The translations under genes and the position numbers were made by a program. Under the pieces are notes generated by a model. That model searched no databases. It was given only the letters and a program-made list of their open reading frames with translations, and was not told the DNA's origin. Positions 16,902 to 26,820 of a DNA stretch of 53,015 nt are shown here, in pieces. The stretch's first letter is position 1. Each line of letters opens with the position of its first letter. The DNA comes from a virus (taxonomy: Duplodnaviria; Caudoviricetes): IMG/VR virus record IMGVR_UViG_3300006641_004726, positions 1-53,015 of that record. The stretch is one strand, 5' to 3'.

Positions 16902-19436
16902 TCAGCTGTACATTGCCTTCTTCAGGGCTTCCACGTAGTCCATCTCGCCACCAGACTTTTCGACCATGGCGAGAGCCCTTTGGTGAGGGTCCAGGTCGGC
17001 CTCATCCACGAACTTCATGGAACCACCAGCGTACTCGCTGAAGTCCACGAGGTTGGGCAGGCGATCGAGGATGCTGAAGAGCAGGCCAGTGGCGGTCTCA
17101 CCTTCGGAGAACTCCATGGTGCCAAACTCGAGACCCTCGGCGAACTCCATGAGTTTCCGCTCGGGGATGATGGAGTCGACCATCTTGCCGGACTCGTAGA
17201 GACCTTCCACGAAGCTGTGGATCTGCTCCTTGCGATGAGCGATCTGGGCTTCACGGTACTCGTGCTTGATGCGAGCGTTCTCGGCCTTCAGGGCTTCCAG
17301 CTCAGCACGGAACTCAGAGAACTCGTCGGCTTCCTTGTAGTTCCGGCCCATGGGCTTGTTCTTGCCCATGTCACAGAACTCCTCGTCCATCTCCTCGTCC
17401 TCACCCTCTTTGTAGGTGGAGCCGAAGCCGGTCTTGGAGTAGGGGTTCTGGTCCTTCTTGTGCTCGGCGTAGCCAGTGCTCACGCCGGAAGGCCCGGTCT
17501 CTTCAGCCACACCGCCGTCGTACTCACCGCTCAGCATGTCCTTCTTGGACTTCTGAACGCCAGCCTGAGCCTCGAGGCCCTCAGCGTGCTCGTCGGAGAG
17601 CATCTCGTCCTCTTCCTTACCGAAGCGCTTGGCCATTTCGGCTTCGCCCGGCTTGCCTTCCTTCTTGAGACGCTTGGCCTCGAAAGCGCGGTCGGCAGCA
17701 GCTTTGCGCTCAGCTTTGGGCTCAGCGTGGTCAGCGCCACCAGTCACACCGGAAGGACCTGTGCGCTCAGCGGGCTCGTCATCCTCATCGGAGTCGAATG
17801 CGCCAGGAGTCAGGGCTTTCTTGCTGGACTTGGGCTCACCACGGTAGGACTCAGCGTACACACCGCCAGTCTTCAGGGTCATCTCATCGGGACCACCCTC
17901 GAACTCACCGGAGAGCTGCTTCTTCTTGCCGCCCTCGGCGTACACGCCATCCTTACCTGTCACCTCAGCGGGCTCGGGCTCGGCGTAGTCAGCCATCACG
18001 GAACCAGGAATGCCACCACCATGGGAGTGAGGCATCTTCTGGCCGCTCTTGATCTGCATCACGCGGGCGTTCTTGGCGCGAGTGGAGTTCTCCACCTTGC
18101 TTGCGAACACCTCGTCGTCAGGCATCTCCTCGGTCTCGGTGGGCATCTTGGTCTCAGAGTCCACACGACCGGCAGGGTTGGTGCCAGAAGCGGTCTCGGC
18201 GTCGTTCACGCCGTAGTCAACGTCATCATCGTAGACGTCGTTGTTGTACATCTGTTCACGACTCATTTCGTCGTACCGTCCTTCATCGTCAGGGTCTACG
18301 AAACGACCGGTCTTGCGACGGTCCTCTTCGATGTCATTGTTTTTGGCTGCGGGACGACCTGCGTCGTGCTGCTCCTTGCCTGTGGAGATCTTGTCGCGAC
18401 CGAAGGTCGCTTTCTCGGGAGTGGTCTTGCCGGTCTTGTAGCGATCGGCCTGCTGCTCGCCGCTCTTGGCGGTCTCGTAGCGATCTTCGCCGAGGTCATT
18501 CTTCGGACCGCCTTCTGCGAAGTTGGTCTTGCCGGGCTCCATGCGGGGGTTCCGCATCTTGGGGGCGTTGGCGCCCATGTCCTCCTCTTCGCCCTCCTCG
18601 TACACGTTCTCCACCACCTGGGAGACAGAACCATGCGGAGTGCTCTTCTTTTTGCGGCTGATGCCTGCTTTTTCCATGAAATCGTCCTGGGGGAACTGGT
18701 CTTCAAGATCTGCAACAGATCGGGCATTGTCCCCCTTGCGAGGACGCTCCGAAAAGTTGGAGGGGTTGCTCGGATTCTCCACCTCTGACGCCTGATCCTC
18801 AGCTTCCGCCACATCAGCGGAAGTGTCCTCCTCCTCCTGTTCCTCGGGCGTGCCCACGGCTTCGGCCACGGCAGCCTGCATCTCGCTTCGAGCCAGGTCG
18901 AGCTTCTCCTTGAGCATCTCCAGCGGAGACTGGTCACGGATCAGTGTCGGGCCGAGGTCCTCATCGAAGACGTCGGCTGGGTTCAGCTTCACGGCGAAGT
19001 CGTAGACTCCGACGCGAGTGTCCCACTCAGCGAAGTTGAAGGGCTCCAGACCTTTCACAGCCGGAGGAGCGGCACCGAGCAGCGCCAGATGGCGTGCGGT
19101 CCACTTTCCGGGGTGGGGATTGATCTGGGAGTCAGGTGAGTAGAAAGAGATCGACACCTTGCGGTAGTGACCGTCTTTCACGAGGTCTTTGGCTACATCC
19201 GTGAATGCGACGTCTGCGTAGAGGTTGTCGCCCTGACGGGTGAAACCCTTGATCCATCCGTAGGATGGCAGACTGTCCGAGTCGCCCTGGTGACCAAGCA
19301 CCAGCGGAGCCTCGTGGATCGACGGATTGTAAGAGTCGACCACCTGTTGGAGGTCTTTCTCGGAGAAGGTTCGAGCCACGCCCTGGGCTGACGTTTGATC
19401 GCCAGCTTTGAACACGTGGATGCGCTTTTGAAACAT
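16902..19436 (-). CDS. Prohead protease-scaffold fusion (Mu gpI-like), 844 aa
   Basis: APLVLGH...YGWI...YRKVSISFY...RHLALLGAAPPAVKGL protease motifs, a long acidic linker and a C-terminal coiled coil ending MDYVEALKK. Confidence 0.85.
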   Translation of the reverse strand: MFQKRIHVFKAGDQTSAQGVARTFSEKDLQQVVDSYNPSIHEAPLVLGHQGDSDSLPSYGWIKGFTRQGDNLYADVAFTDVAKDLVKDGHYRKVSISFYSPDSQINPHPGKWTARHLALLGAAPPAVKGLEPFNFAEWDTRVGVYDFAVKLNPADVFDEDLGPTLIRDQSPLEMLKEKLDLARSEMQAAVAEAVGTPEEQEEEDTSADVAEAEDQASEVENPSNPSNFSERPRKGDNARSVADLEDQFPQDDFMEKAGISRKKKSTPHGSVSQVVENVYEEGEEEDMGANAPKMRNPRMEPGKTNFAEGGPKNDLGEDRYETAKSGEQQADRYKTGKTTPEKATFGRDKISTGKEQHDAGRPAAKNNDIEEDRRKTGRFVDPDDEGRYDEMSREQMYNNDVYDDDVDYGVNDAETASGTNPAGRVDSETKMPTETEEMPDDEVFASKVENSTRAKNARVMQIKSGQKMPHSHGGGIPGSVMADYAEPEPAEVTGKDGVYAEGGKKKQLSGEFEGGPDEMTLKTGGVYAESYRGEPKSSKKALTPGAFDSDEDDEPAERTGPSGVTGGADHAEPKAERKAAADRAFEAKRLKKEGKPGEAEMAKRFGKEEDEMLSDEHAEGLEAQAGVQKSKKDMLSGEYDGGVAEETGPSGVSTGYAEHKKDQNPYSKTGFGSTYKEGEDEEMDEEFCDMGKNKPMGRNYKEADEFSEFRAELEALKAENARIKHEYREAQIAHRKEQIHSFVEGLYESGKMVDSIIPERKLMEFAEGLEFGTMEFSEGETATGLLFSILDRLPNLVDFSEYAGGSMKFVDEADLDPHQRALAMVEKSGGEMDYVEALKKAMYS

Positions 19437-19521
19437 TGTCTCAAACCTAGTAGCAACGGGGTTATTGGGGGTGAGAAGCTTTGACTCCCCAGGTGGTTTC
19501 CCGTCGCCGGTAACTGGTCAG

Positions 19522-19530
19522 GTTTTACCC
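19522..19530 (-). promoter_or_regulatory. GGGTAAAAC putative late-promoter motif (one of at least 8 copies)
   Basis: Other copies at 666-674, 12672-12680, 16065-16073, 29012-29020, 36682-36690, 38437-38445 and 49924-49932. All are on the minus strand, upstream of gene starts. Confidence 0.7.
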
Positions 19531-20970
19531 TCAGGTGGGCTTCACCTTCGCCTCCTCCTCGTCCTCATCGTTGGCCATCGATGTGGCCTCGTCCTCAGTT
19601 ATTTGATCGTCGCCAAACGGCTTCTCTCCACCTTCTTCCTCTTCACCACCACCACCGAAGATCTTGTCATAGAGGTCGCCGTCCGCCTCAGGGTCGTATT
19701 CCTCAGGGGCGCCTTCCACTTCGGTGCCTGGAGCGGCAGCCTGGAAGTCCTCCTCCTCAGCGAGATCCACTTTGAAGTGGTTCTGGATCCACTCCTTCTT
19801 CGGCTTGTAGCCCGATTGGATCATGAGGCTCACATCTGCCATGGTCAGAGTGGACTCTTCCAGGTTAAACTGGCGGCTGATTTTCGGTGCCTCAACGTCG
19901 ACACCGAAGTTGAGGTCAACGATCCAACGAATGAGGGTGTCACTCAGCGTCTGAGAGATGAGCTGGGAAAGCTCCGAAGCGCGGATCACTCGCACCAGGT
20001 TTGCCACCTGAGATGAAGCTCGGCTGCCGGCTTCCGCTTGTCCCGCCTCGTCCTCACCGCAGATGAGCAGAGAGATCTCCTTGTCGATGTACTCGATGAG
20101 GTTCATGAAGATGTCCGCTGAACCCGATGGATTCAGGAACTCCAGCTCATAACCCTCGGGGAGGATCATTGCTGTCTCTTGAGACAGGTTGGAAAGGTGG
20201 TCGTACAGTGTGTCAATCTCAATGTTTGAGGCCGAGAGAGGAGCCTTCGCGATTGCGGTTGGCGTTGCGTAACGGTCGCCATACAGCACGTAAGACTCGA
20301 TAGCACGACGACGAAACTTAACGATCGGATACAGGATGCGACCCAGGCCCGTTCCATAAGGATCTCCTGTGTGAGAGAGCCAGTAGCGTTGGATGATGAA
20401 CTTGCGTGCCGGCAGTTCAATACCTTCAAACATCCGGTTGAAGGTCAGCACACGCATTGTGAAGCCAGTGTCTGCCTCCTCACTCTCCTGGAAGACAAAG
20501 CGGCGCTGGTCGCGGATGCGAACGTCAAACGGAATGATGCCTTGAGCTGTTTTCTTCCACATCACCTCGCCCACGCTGAACCCGCAGATGAGTGCCTCAC
20601 CGAGGCCTTTGTAGAGGTCGTCGACGTCCAGATACTGGAGTGCCTGTTCGACGTAGTCCTTCACTGCAAGGTCACCGGGCTTCTCGGAAGCTGGGGTCAG
20701 CAGCCAGTCACGGGAAGTGATCTCCTGGCAGAGTTTCATGAACGACGCCTGGACTGACGAGTCCCAGAACAGTCGTTTGTAGATGATGAGGGCGCGGTTG
20801 CCACCCTTCTGGATGATTAAGTCGTCGTCAGGGCGGACGATCGTGTTGCCCTGGCCAGTGAACGGGCTCGAAGACCCGAACATGTAGATGGACGACAGAT
20901 TGTACGGGTCCGTCGTATACTTCGCGACCTCTCCCGACGGAACCGGTGGGATGTTGAATCTTTTCGCCAT
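19531..20970 (-). CDS. Portal protein (Mu gp29/DUF935-like)
   Basis: ALICGFSVGEVMW, PYGTGLGRILY, YIDKEISLLICG, GSRASSQV and LIRWIVDLNFG. Confidence 0.88.
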   Translation of the reverse strand: MAKRFNIPPVPSGEVAKYTTDPYNLSSIYMFGSSSPFTGQGNTIVRPDDDLIIQKGGNRALIIYKRLFWDSSVQASFMKLCQEITSRDWLLTPASEKPGDLAVKDYVEQALQYLDVDDLYKGLGEALICGFSVGEVMWKKTAQGIIPFDVRIRDQRRFVFQESEEADTGFTMRVLTFNRMFEGIELPARKFIIQRYWLSHTGDPYGTGLGRILYPIVKFRRRAIESYVLYGDRYATPTAIAKAPLSASNIEIDTLYDHLSNLSQETAMILPEGYELEFLNPSGSADIFMNLIEYIDKEISLLICGEDEAGQAEAGSRASSQVANLVRVIRASELSQLISQTLSDTLIRWIVDLNFGVDVEAPKISRQFNLEESTLTMADVSLMIQSGYKPKKEWIQNHFKVDLAEEEDFQAAAPGTEVEGAPEEYDPEADGDLYDKIFGGGGEEEEGGEKPFGDDQITEDEATSMANDEDEEEAKVKPT

Positions 20971-21341
20971 CAGAAGCTCAGAGTGAAGGAGAGTGGAGGC
21001 TGCGGTGCCCCGTCGATGTAGTATGTGATGATGAGGCGGTAGAATCCGGCGTCGCCGGCAACCCAGTCCCCATTGACCACCACCGCGTCCAGTTCGGGCA
21101 CATTCTCCTGTACCGCCTTCTGGATCTGGGCGTTGATGAGAGGGGGATTGAGGACCTCGAAGATGTAGTCGTCTGTGCCGTAGTTCGCTCTCATCACTCG
21201 CTCGTACCAGCGAGTCTGCACCACTGAAATCACGTGCTCGGTAACTAGATCTAGGTCACGCGATGTGGCGAGTGTTCCGTTTTTGATTTGGAGGGGATAG
21301 CTAATCCCCTGGATGCGAGGGCTGAGAGGATTGACACTCAT
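20970..21341 (-). CDS. Baseplate gp25/GpW-like sheath initiator
   Basis: GISYPL...VVQTRWYERVMRANYG motif. Confidence 0.85.
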   Translation of the reverse strand: MSVNPLSPRIQGISYPLQIKNGTLATSRDLDLVTEHVISVVQTRWYERVMRANYGTDDYIFEVLNPPLINAQIQKAVQENVPELDAVVVNGDWVAGDAGFYRLIITYYIDGAPQPPLSFTLSF

Positions 21342-21661
21342 CTACGATACCTTTTGGCCATCTCGAAGTTGATCTTCAACAGACGGGAGCGCTTTTCCTG
21401 GCTCTCCATCTTCGTATTTGCCACTCTCTGCAGCTCCTCTCGGAGGAGATTCAGGGGGAGTGTAGCGTAAAGCATTGGTTCGAACAGCTCGTTGGCTGGT
21501 TCGATTTGAGTCGCAGGTTCCCTTTCTTCGGACTCTTCAAGGAGGCGAGCGCAGAGGGCGTTCATAGAAACACCCTCCAGCGCTGCCCGTTGTTTGAGTT
21601 TCGAATGGAGGGAATCCTCGACGTCGACCAGTAGGCGTTTCGTCATGGATTCCCGTCTCAT
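21338..21661 (-). CDS. Ribbon-helix-helix (Arc-like) DNA-binding protein
   Basis: KRLLVDVEDSLHSKLKQRAALEGVSMNALCARLL. Confidence 0.75.
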   Translation of the reverse strand: MRRESMTKRLLVDVEDSLHSKLKQRAALEGVSMNALCARLLEESEEREPATQIEPANELFEPMLYATLPLNLLREELQRVANTKMESQEKRSRLLKINFEMAKRYRR

Positions 21662-24600
21662 CAGATGGAGTTGTCTTGGCCCACGCCCAGTGCGTCGAGC
21701 TCGTTCTGCATGTTGCCGATGGCCACACGGATGAGGTCGACTTCGATGCGCTCCAGTGTTGGCACCGGAACCACGAACACCTTGGCGTGAACGATGCCAT
21801 TCTCCAGCGCTGCCGGAGTCTGGATGCGCTCGTCGCAGATCACCTGGAAGGCTTGACCCGGCTTAGCACCGAACAGCGCTCCGCGGACATACAGCTCGTT
21901 GAGGATGCTGTTGCCGATGGAGATGATCTTGTTGTAAACGAGGCCGAAACCGTCGATCACGTTGAAGATCTGGCTGTCGAAGGCGCGGCGGAGCGAACCG
22001 TACACCACGTTCATGATCACGCGAGTGTTCACGAACTGGAACAGGCGCTGCTCGGCGTCGTCCTGGTTGATGCGAGTACGACCACCCCAGATGAACACGG
22101 TAGCACCGTATCCAGGCAGTGTGCGGCAGACGTTGCAACCACGTGGGTTGAGAATGTCTTGCTGGGTGCTGTTGATCGGAATCTGAACAGCGGACACACC
22201 GTTGAGGGGGAACTTGACACCAGCAGGTGGATACTGGAAGCCCTCGCTGCGGTAGCGGCGGATGGCCACACCGGTGACGTAGGGGCTCGGAGGAATCCAA
22301 GCGCCGGAGGCGTTCTTGAGGTACGAACCGTAGTAGGCGATGAAGCCACGGGGGTTGTAGTACTGCTGGCTGTCCTCGAGCAGCTTCTGGGCATCGTCGA
22401 TGCCAGTCGCGAGCAGAACGGCAGCAGGCACGCCTTCGTTGAAGGTACCACGCAGAGCGTAGTCCACCAGCTCCTCGGAAGTAACTGCGTTGAAGCGCCA
22501 CAGGTTGGACGGAGCCTCCTTGTAGGCAGTGTAGCGCAGAGTCAGAGAAGCACCCCACAGCACGACCTTTGTGCCAGTGCCGTCTGTGTAGGTCGGGGTG
22601 ATGTAAGCCTCGGTAGCACGCTCCTGGGCGACCAGGGGCACGCAGAAGAAGCTCACAGTGTCCTGGGAAGCCAGGACGAGGTCTCCGAGGAATCCAGCGT
22701 TGTCCGGGTTCGGATAGCCAGCGTCGAACTCACCGTAGGCGGAGTAGTACTTCGCGTCGGGCTGGCTCTCCACACGGTAGAAACCGAGTGTGTGGGTGTC
22801 GCCTTGGCCGGCAGGACCGGACAGGGGATCCAGGTTCGCTGGATAGAAGGTCGGCATCACGTTGTACGTGTTGAAGCCGTACTTCCGACCGCGGATCAGG
22901 TTCACCAGACCCTCGTTGTTGTAGAGGCTGGTGTTCTCGGGAGCGATCAGCAGGGTGCTGTACGAGAGCGTGGTCTGACCAGCTGTGAGACCGCCATTCG
23001 GATAAGGAATGAAGATCCGGCTGTTGAGGTTGGTCAGTGTGGTCGCCAGCATGAACTGGTTACCGTTGATCACGTTCACGTAGTACTTCACAGAAGCCTG
23101 CGAAGTGGAGGCGTTCACCAGTGTGCCACCGCCGATCTTGGTCAGAGGGGCAGTGAAGTAGACGATGCCGCCGTTGTTCAGACCGTGATTGAGACAGTTG
23201 AACACAGCCGGGCTCGAAGACACGGAGGGATCGAGCTTGGTGATGTTTGTCTCGGCGAAGGTCCGAGTGAACTGTGCCAGCTGGAAGTTCTCTGTGCTGT
23301 CCTGGAGCGATCCGGGCAGGTGCAGAGTGTTCAGATCCAGCACTTGGTTGGTGCCGTTCAGGATAAGGTCAGAGGTCTGACCGTCGATCTCGACGTAAAT
23401 GTCCCAGGCGGGTGTCTCGTAGGACAGGATGCCGGTTCCCTTCGACTGCAGCGAGGCGTAGCCAGCAGCAGGAACGATGGGCGTACCACCGCTGAAGGTC
23501 AGGGTCAGAGGCATGTCAGCCGCCGAGTAGCCGGAACCAGCGTTGGTGATCTCCACATCCACCACACCGAAGCCGAGCTCAGCATGACCTGTAGCAGCGA
23601 CAATGGTGTTGCCCGAATCCAGAGGGGAGGGGACGAACTGCAGGAGAGGGGTGGCCAGATAGCCAGCACCACGATCCACGATGCTCACGCTCGACACAGG
23701 GAAGCCCTTGGTCGCGGTGGCAGCAGCAGCAACAGCGGGGTTGCCGTCGGAGAATGTGACGGTCACGGCATCGCTTGTAGCGTAGCCGGAGCCTTGTGTG
23801 GTCAGGGCCACGGAGGCCACAGCGCGACCGATCACGTAGGACAGGGCAGCGCCAGAACCGTAGGTGTCGCCAGGGGCGTTCACCAGGTTCACCAGGGTGG
23901 CTTCGTCGTAGCCAGTACCGCTGTTTGTCAGGTTGACAGAAGCGAGAGGGAAGCCGTAGAGCACGACGCCCGCAGCACCGTCACCAGTGGTGTCACCGGC
24001 AGCAGGTGTGATCTGCAGCACGTTGGCATCGCTGGAGGTGTAGCCAGAACCTGGAGTCACCACGTTGATGGCGGCCAGGGCACGACCCAGAACACCGGAA
24101 GCAGCAGCAGCGCCGCCAGTGCTGTCACCCACAGCGTTGGTGAAACCAATGCCGAAGGAAGTGTAGCCCGAACCGTTGGCAGTCACGCTGACCGAAGCCA
24201 CAGGGAAGCCCAGGGTGATGGTCAGGACCGGAGGTGTGAACCAAGTGCCAGGGGCCGAGTCGGTCACGGTTCCGTAGGAACCAGCCAGAGCGGCAGTCAG
24301 GTTGGCTTGAGTCCAACCAGAGCCGGCAGCACCGATGGAGAACCCAGCGGTAAAGTCCACTGCGGTCGAGTAGTCGATGACGATGTCGGTCTCAGAGCCA
24401 GCACCAGCGATGGTGATGGTTCCAACCAGACCAGGGCCAACAGCGACTTCGCCAGCGGCAGTCACGTTCACAGCCTTGCCTTCGGCGCCGAGAACGGCAG
24501 TCGCAGCAGCGAGGGTGCCGTCACCGCTCACATTCACGACAGGAGGCAGAGTGTAACCAGCGCCACCGTTGGTCACGTTCACAGCGGCCAGTCCGCCAGT

Positions 24601-26820
24601 CACTGCCAGAGTGGCAGAGAAGGTAGCGCCCACACCGGTTGTACCGGAGGGGAGGGCCACAGTCGGAACGGCCTGATAAAGGGACCCACCGCCGAAAGTG
24701 CCGATGCCCACAGCCGCACCACCAGTGGTGGCCAGAGTTGCGGTCGCACTTGCCAGAGTTCCGGAGCCAGAGAAGCTGACGGAAGGAGCGGCGATGTAGT
24801 TCTGACCAGGGTTGCCCAGGGTCAGGGTCTTGATGGTGCCAGCGGGAGCCAGAGTTGCGGTTGCAGTTGCAGCCACGCCACCAGCGCCGGCAGGAGCCGA
24901 GATGGCCACAGACGGAGCGCTCTCGTAGCCGGAACCGCCATCAGTCAGGGTCAGCTTGGCGATGTTGCCACCCACAGTTGCGAGGGAAGCTGTCACCACG
25001 CCGCCGGAACCGGGGTCGCCAGCGAGAGGCACCACGTTCACTGTCGGAACGTTGGTGTAGCCAGAACCGGCGGTGTCGACCACTGCTTCGTCGATGTTGC
25101 CGGTGTCACCCAAAATAGCGATACCGGTGGCTGTCACACCCCCTGCAGCAGCAGGAGCGGGGAAAGTCACGATCGGCTCGTCACCAGCGTTGTAGCCGGT
25201 ACCAGGGTTGGTGATCACCACGCCGGTCACAGCGTCGCCGATGTTGCCGTTGCCGCTGGAGGCATCCACGGGGATGCAGCCTGGGGGCAGGGTGTGAACA
25301 CCGGGGTACTCAGGAGTACCGTCGCCGTCCAGTCCACCTTGGCTGATGATCCAGTTGTAGGCGGTGATCGCCTGAGGATAGGTCTCAGCGAAGTAGATGT
25401 AGCCGGTGAAGGTCTTGTTCTCAGGTGTCAGGTAGGTGGGAACCACATACACTGTCAGGCCCTCGAACTCGGCCAGTGCGCCGCGGCAGTCACTCAGGGT
25501 CACGGGGGTGCCGGCTTCCTTGGTGGAAGGCCAGCTCTCACCCACCAGGTCCAGAAGACCGGGACGGTCGTAGGAAGGTGTGGTGCTTGTGGCGAAGGTG
25601 ATTTGGCCGTTGTCACGCAGGGACAGGAAACGGTCGAAAGGAACGTTCAGGTTCTGCGAGCCGTTGACGGCGTAGGAGGGGTCAGACTCAGAAGCGCTCA
25701 GCGGGGTGTAGCGCAGCTGCAGGTAGTCGGTGTCATCAGCCACCCACTCGTACACGCTGTTGCCAACCAGGAACTCCTGGCCATTCACCAGAGGAGCAGC
25801 AGCCTGATGCTGCAGGAAGTCCTCATACTCGAGGATGCTGGTCACCAGGTACGGACCTGCGTCAGCAATGGCCATCCACTTGTGGCTGTTGAGTTCGGCT
25901 TGGAAAGCCATCTCTTGGCCGATGAGGCGACGACCTTCGGGGCCGAACTTGGCGAAGGCGCAAGGAGCGGTCAGGTAACCCTGGGACTCCTCATCCACGA
26001 ATGCGGTGCGGAGGCACTGGATGTAGTCAGCAACCAGCTCGTTGGTGTTGGTGCTGTCAGGGATGACAGGGCCCACGGTGTAGGTGTTCAGAGTGAACAC
26101 GTAGTAAGCACCGTCGCTGGGAGGCTCGCTCTCAGGCACCACGCTCACAGGAGCGTTGAACTCACGACCGGCCAGGTACTCGAAAGCACACTCGCTGTTG
26201 GCAGTCTGACACACGCCGATGTCACGGACGATGGTGCCAGCCGACACGTTGGGGTCGGTGGTGATGGCGGCGGCAACAGCATCACGGATCGCGATGGCGA
26301 TCTTCTTGTTGTTGTCGTAGTTGCCCTCGACGTAGTCCACGGGAATCACCACGGGCACACCTTTCCAGGTGCCGCTGTTGGTGAAGGTGCCGAGACGGGC
26401 GCCGTTGATGAGCAGTTGGGCGTGAACAGTGTCACCAGCCTGCAGAGGGGTGGAGACACCCAGACCGTTGGTCTTGAAGCCGGAGGGGTTCAGCTGCACT
26501 TCCACCACGTTGGAGGGAGTGCCCACGCGGATCACGCGCAGGTCGCCCACGTAGCACTGAGCGAAGAATGCGTCCACACACTGGTAGGACAGCAGCTCGA
26601 TCTTGGTGGAGGGGATCACACCGCCGATCAGTCGCACATACTCGCGAGTATTGGTGACTTGGATGGGGGTGTTGAAGGGGAACAGTGTGGTGGGCACATC
26701 GGGCTCCACCTCAACCAGCATGTAGTTGGTCGAGAAGGGAGCAATAGCGGGGGTAGCCGACTGTCCGGCTACCTCGTTGATGTAGACGCCAGGAGCGCCT
26801 CCAAAGGAGATAGTTGCCAT
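21661..26820 (-). CDS. Giant contractile tail sheath protein with internal repeat insertion (1719 aa)
   Basis: APGVYINE N-terminus; C-terminal WIPPSPYVTG, PPAG, IWGGRT, FVNTRV and PVPTLERI sheath motifs. Confidence 0.92.
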   Translation of the reverse strand: MATISFGGAPGVYINEVAGQSATPAIAPFSTNYMLVEVEPDVPTTLFPFNTPIQVTNTREYVRLIGGVIPSTKIELLSYQCVDAFFAQCYVGDLRVIRVGTPSNVVEVQLNPSGFKTNGLGVSTPLQAGDTVHAQLLINGARLGTFTNSGTWKGVPVVIPVDYVEGNYDNNKKIAIAIRDAVAAAITTDPNVSAGTIVRDIGVCQTANSECAFEYLAGREFNAPVSVVPESEPPSDGAYYVFTLNTYTVGPVIPDSTNTNELVADYIQCLRTAFVDEESQGYLTAPCAFAKFGPEGRRLIGQEMAFQAELNSHKWMAIADAGPYLVTSILEYEDFLQHQAAAPLVNGQEFLVGNSVYEWVADDTDYLQLRYTPLSASESDPSYAVNGSQNLNVPFDRFLSLRDNGQITFATSTTPSYDRPGLLDLVGESWPSTKEAGTPVTLSDCRGALAEFEGLTVYVVPTYLTPENKTFTGYIYFAETYPQAITAYNWIISQGGLDGDGTPEYPGVHTLPPGCIPVDASSGNGNIGDAVTGVVITNPGTGYNAGDEPIVTFPAPAAAGGVTATGIAILGDTGNIDEAVVDTAGSGYTNVPTVNVVPLAGDPGSGGVVTASLATVGGNIAKLTLTDGGSGYESAPSVAISAPAGAGGVAATATATLAPAGTIKTLTLGNPGQNYIAAPSVSFSGSGTLASATATLATTGGAAVGIGTFGGGSLYQAVPTVALPSGTTGVGATFSATLAVTGGLAAVNVTNGGAGYTLPPVVNVSGDGTLAAATAVLGAEGKAVNVTAAGEVAVGPGLVGTITIAGAGSETDIVIDYSTAVDFTAGFSIGAAGSGWTQANLTAALAGSYGTVTDSAPGTWFTPPVLTITLGFPVASVSVTANGSGYTSFGIGFTNAVGDSTGGAAAASGVLGRALAAINVVTPGSGYTSSDANVLQITPAAGDTTGDGAAGVVLYGFPLASVNLTNSGTGYDEATLVNLVNAPGDTYGSGAALSYVIGRAVASVALTTQGSGYATSDAVTVTFSDGNPAVAAAATATKGFPVSSVSIVDRGAGYLATPLLQFVPSPLDSGNTIVAATGHAELGFGVVDVEITNAGSGYSAADMPLTLTFSGGTPIVPAAGYASLQSKGTGILSYETPAWDIYVEIDGQTSDLILNGTNQVLDLNTLHLPGSLQDSTENFQLAQFTRTFAETNITKLDPSVSSSPAVFNCLNHGLNNGGIVYFTAPLTKIGGGTLVNASTSQASVKYYVNVINGNQFMLATTLTNLNSRIFIPYPNGGLTAGQTTLSYSTLLIAPENTSLYNNEGLVNLIRGRKYGFNTYNVMPTFYPANLDPLSGPAGQGDTHTLGFYRVESQPDAKYYSAYGEFDAGYPNPDNAGFLGDLVLASQDTVSFFCVPLVAQERATEAYITPTYTDGTGTKVVLWGASLTLRYTAYKEAPSNLWRFNAVTSEELVDYALRGTFNEGVPAAVLLATGIDDAQKLLEDSQQYYNPRGFIAYYGSYLKNASGAWIPPSPYVTGVAIRRYRSEGFQYPPAGVKFPLNGVSAVQIPINSTQQDILNPRGCNVCRTLPGYGATVFIWGGRTRINQDDAEQRLFQFVNTRVIMNVVYGSLRRAFDSQIFNVIDGFGLVYNKIISIGNSILNELYVRGALFGAKPGQAFQVICDERIQTPAALENGIVHAKVFVVPVPTLERIEVDLIRVAIGNMQNELDALGVGQDNSI
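23446..25236 (-). repeat. Twelve ~40-45-aa beta repeats flanking a ~93-aa central unit, inside the sheath gene
   Basis: Consensus V-x-V-T-N-x-G-S-G-Y...V-x-F...G-x-x-A-x-A-x-x-x-L-G. Six copies precede and six follow 24208-24486. Confidence 0.85.
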
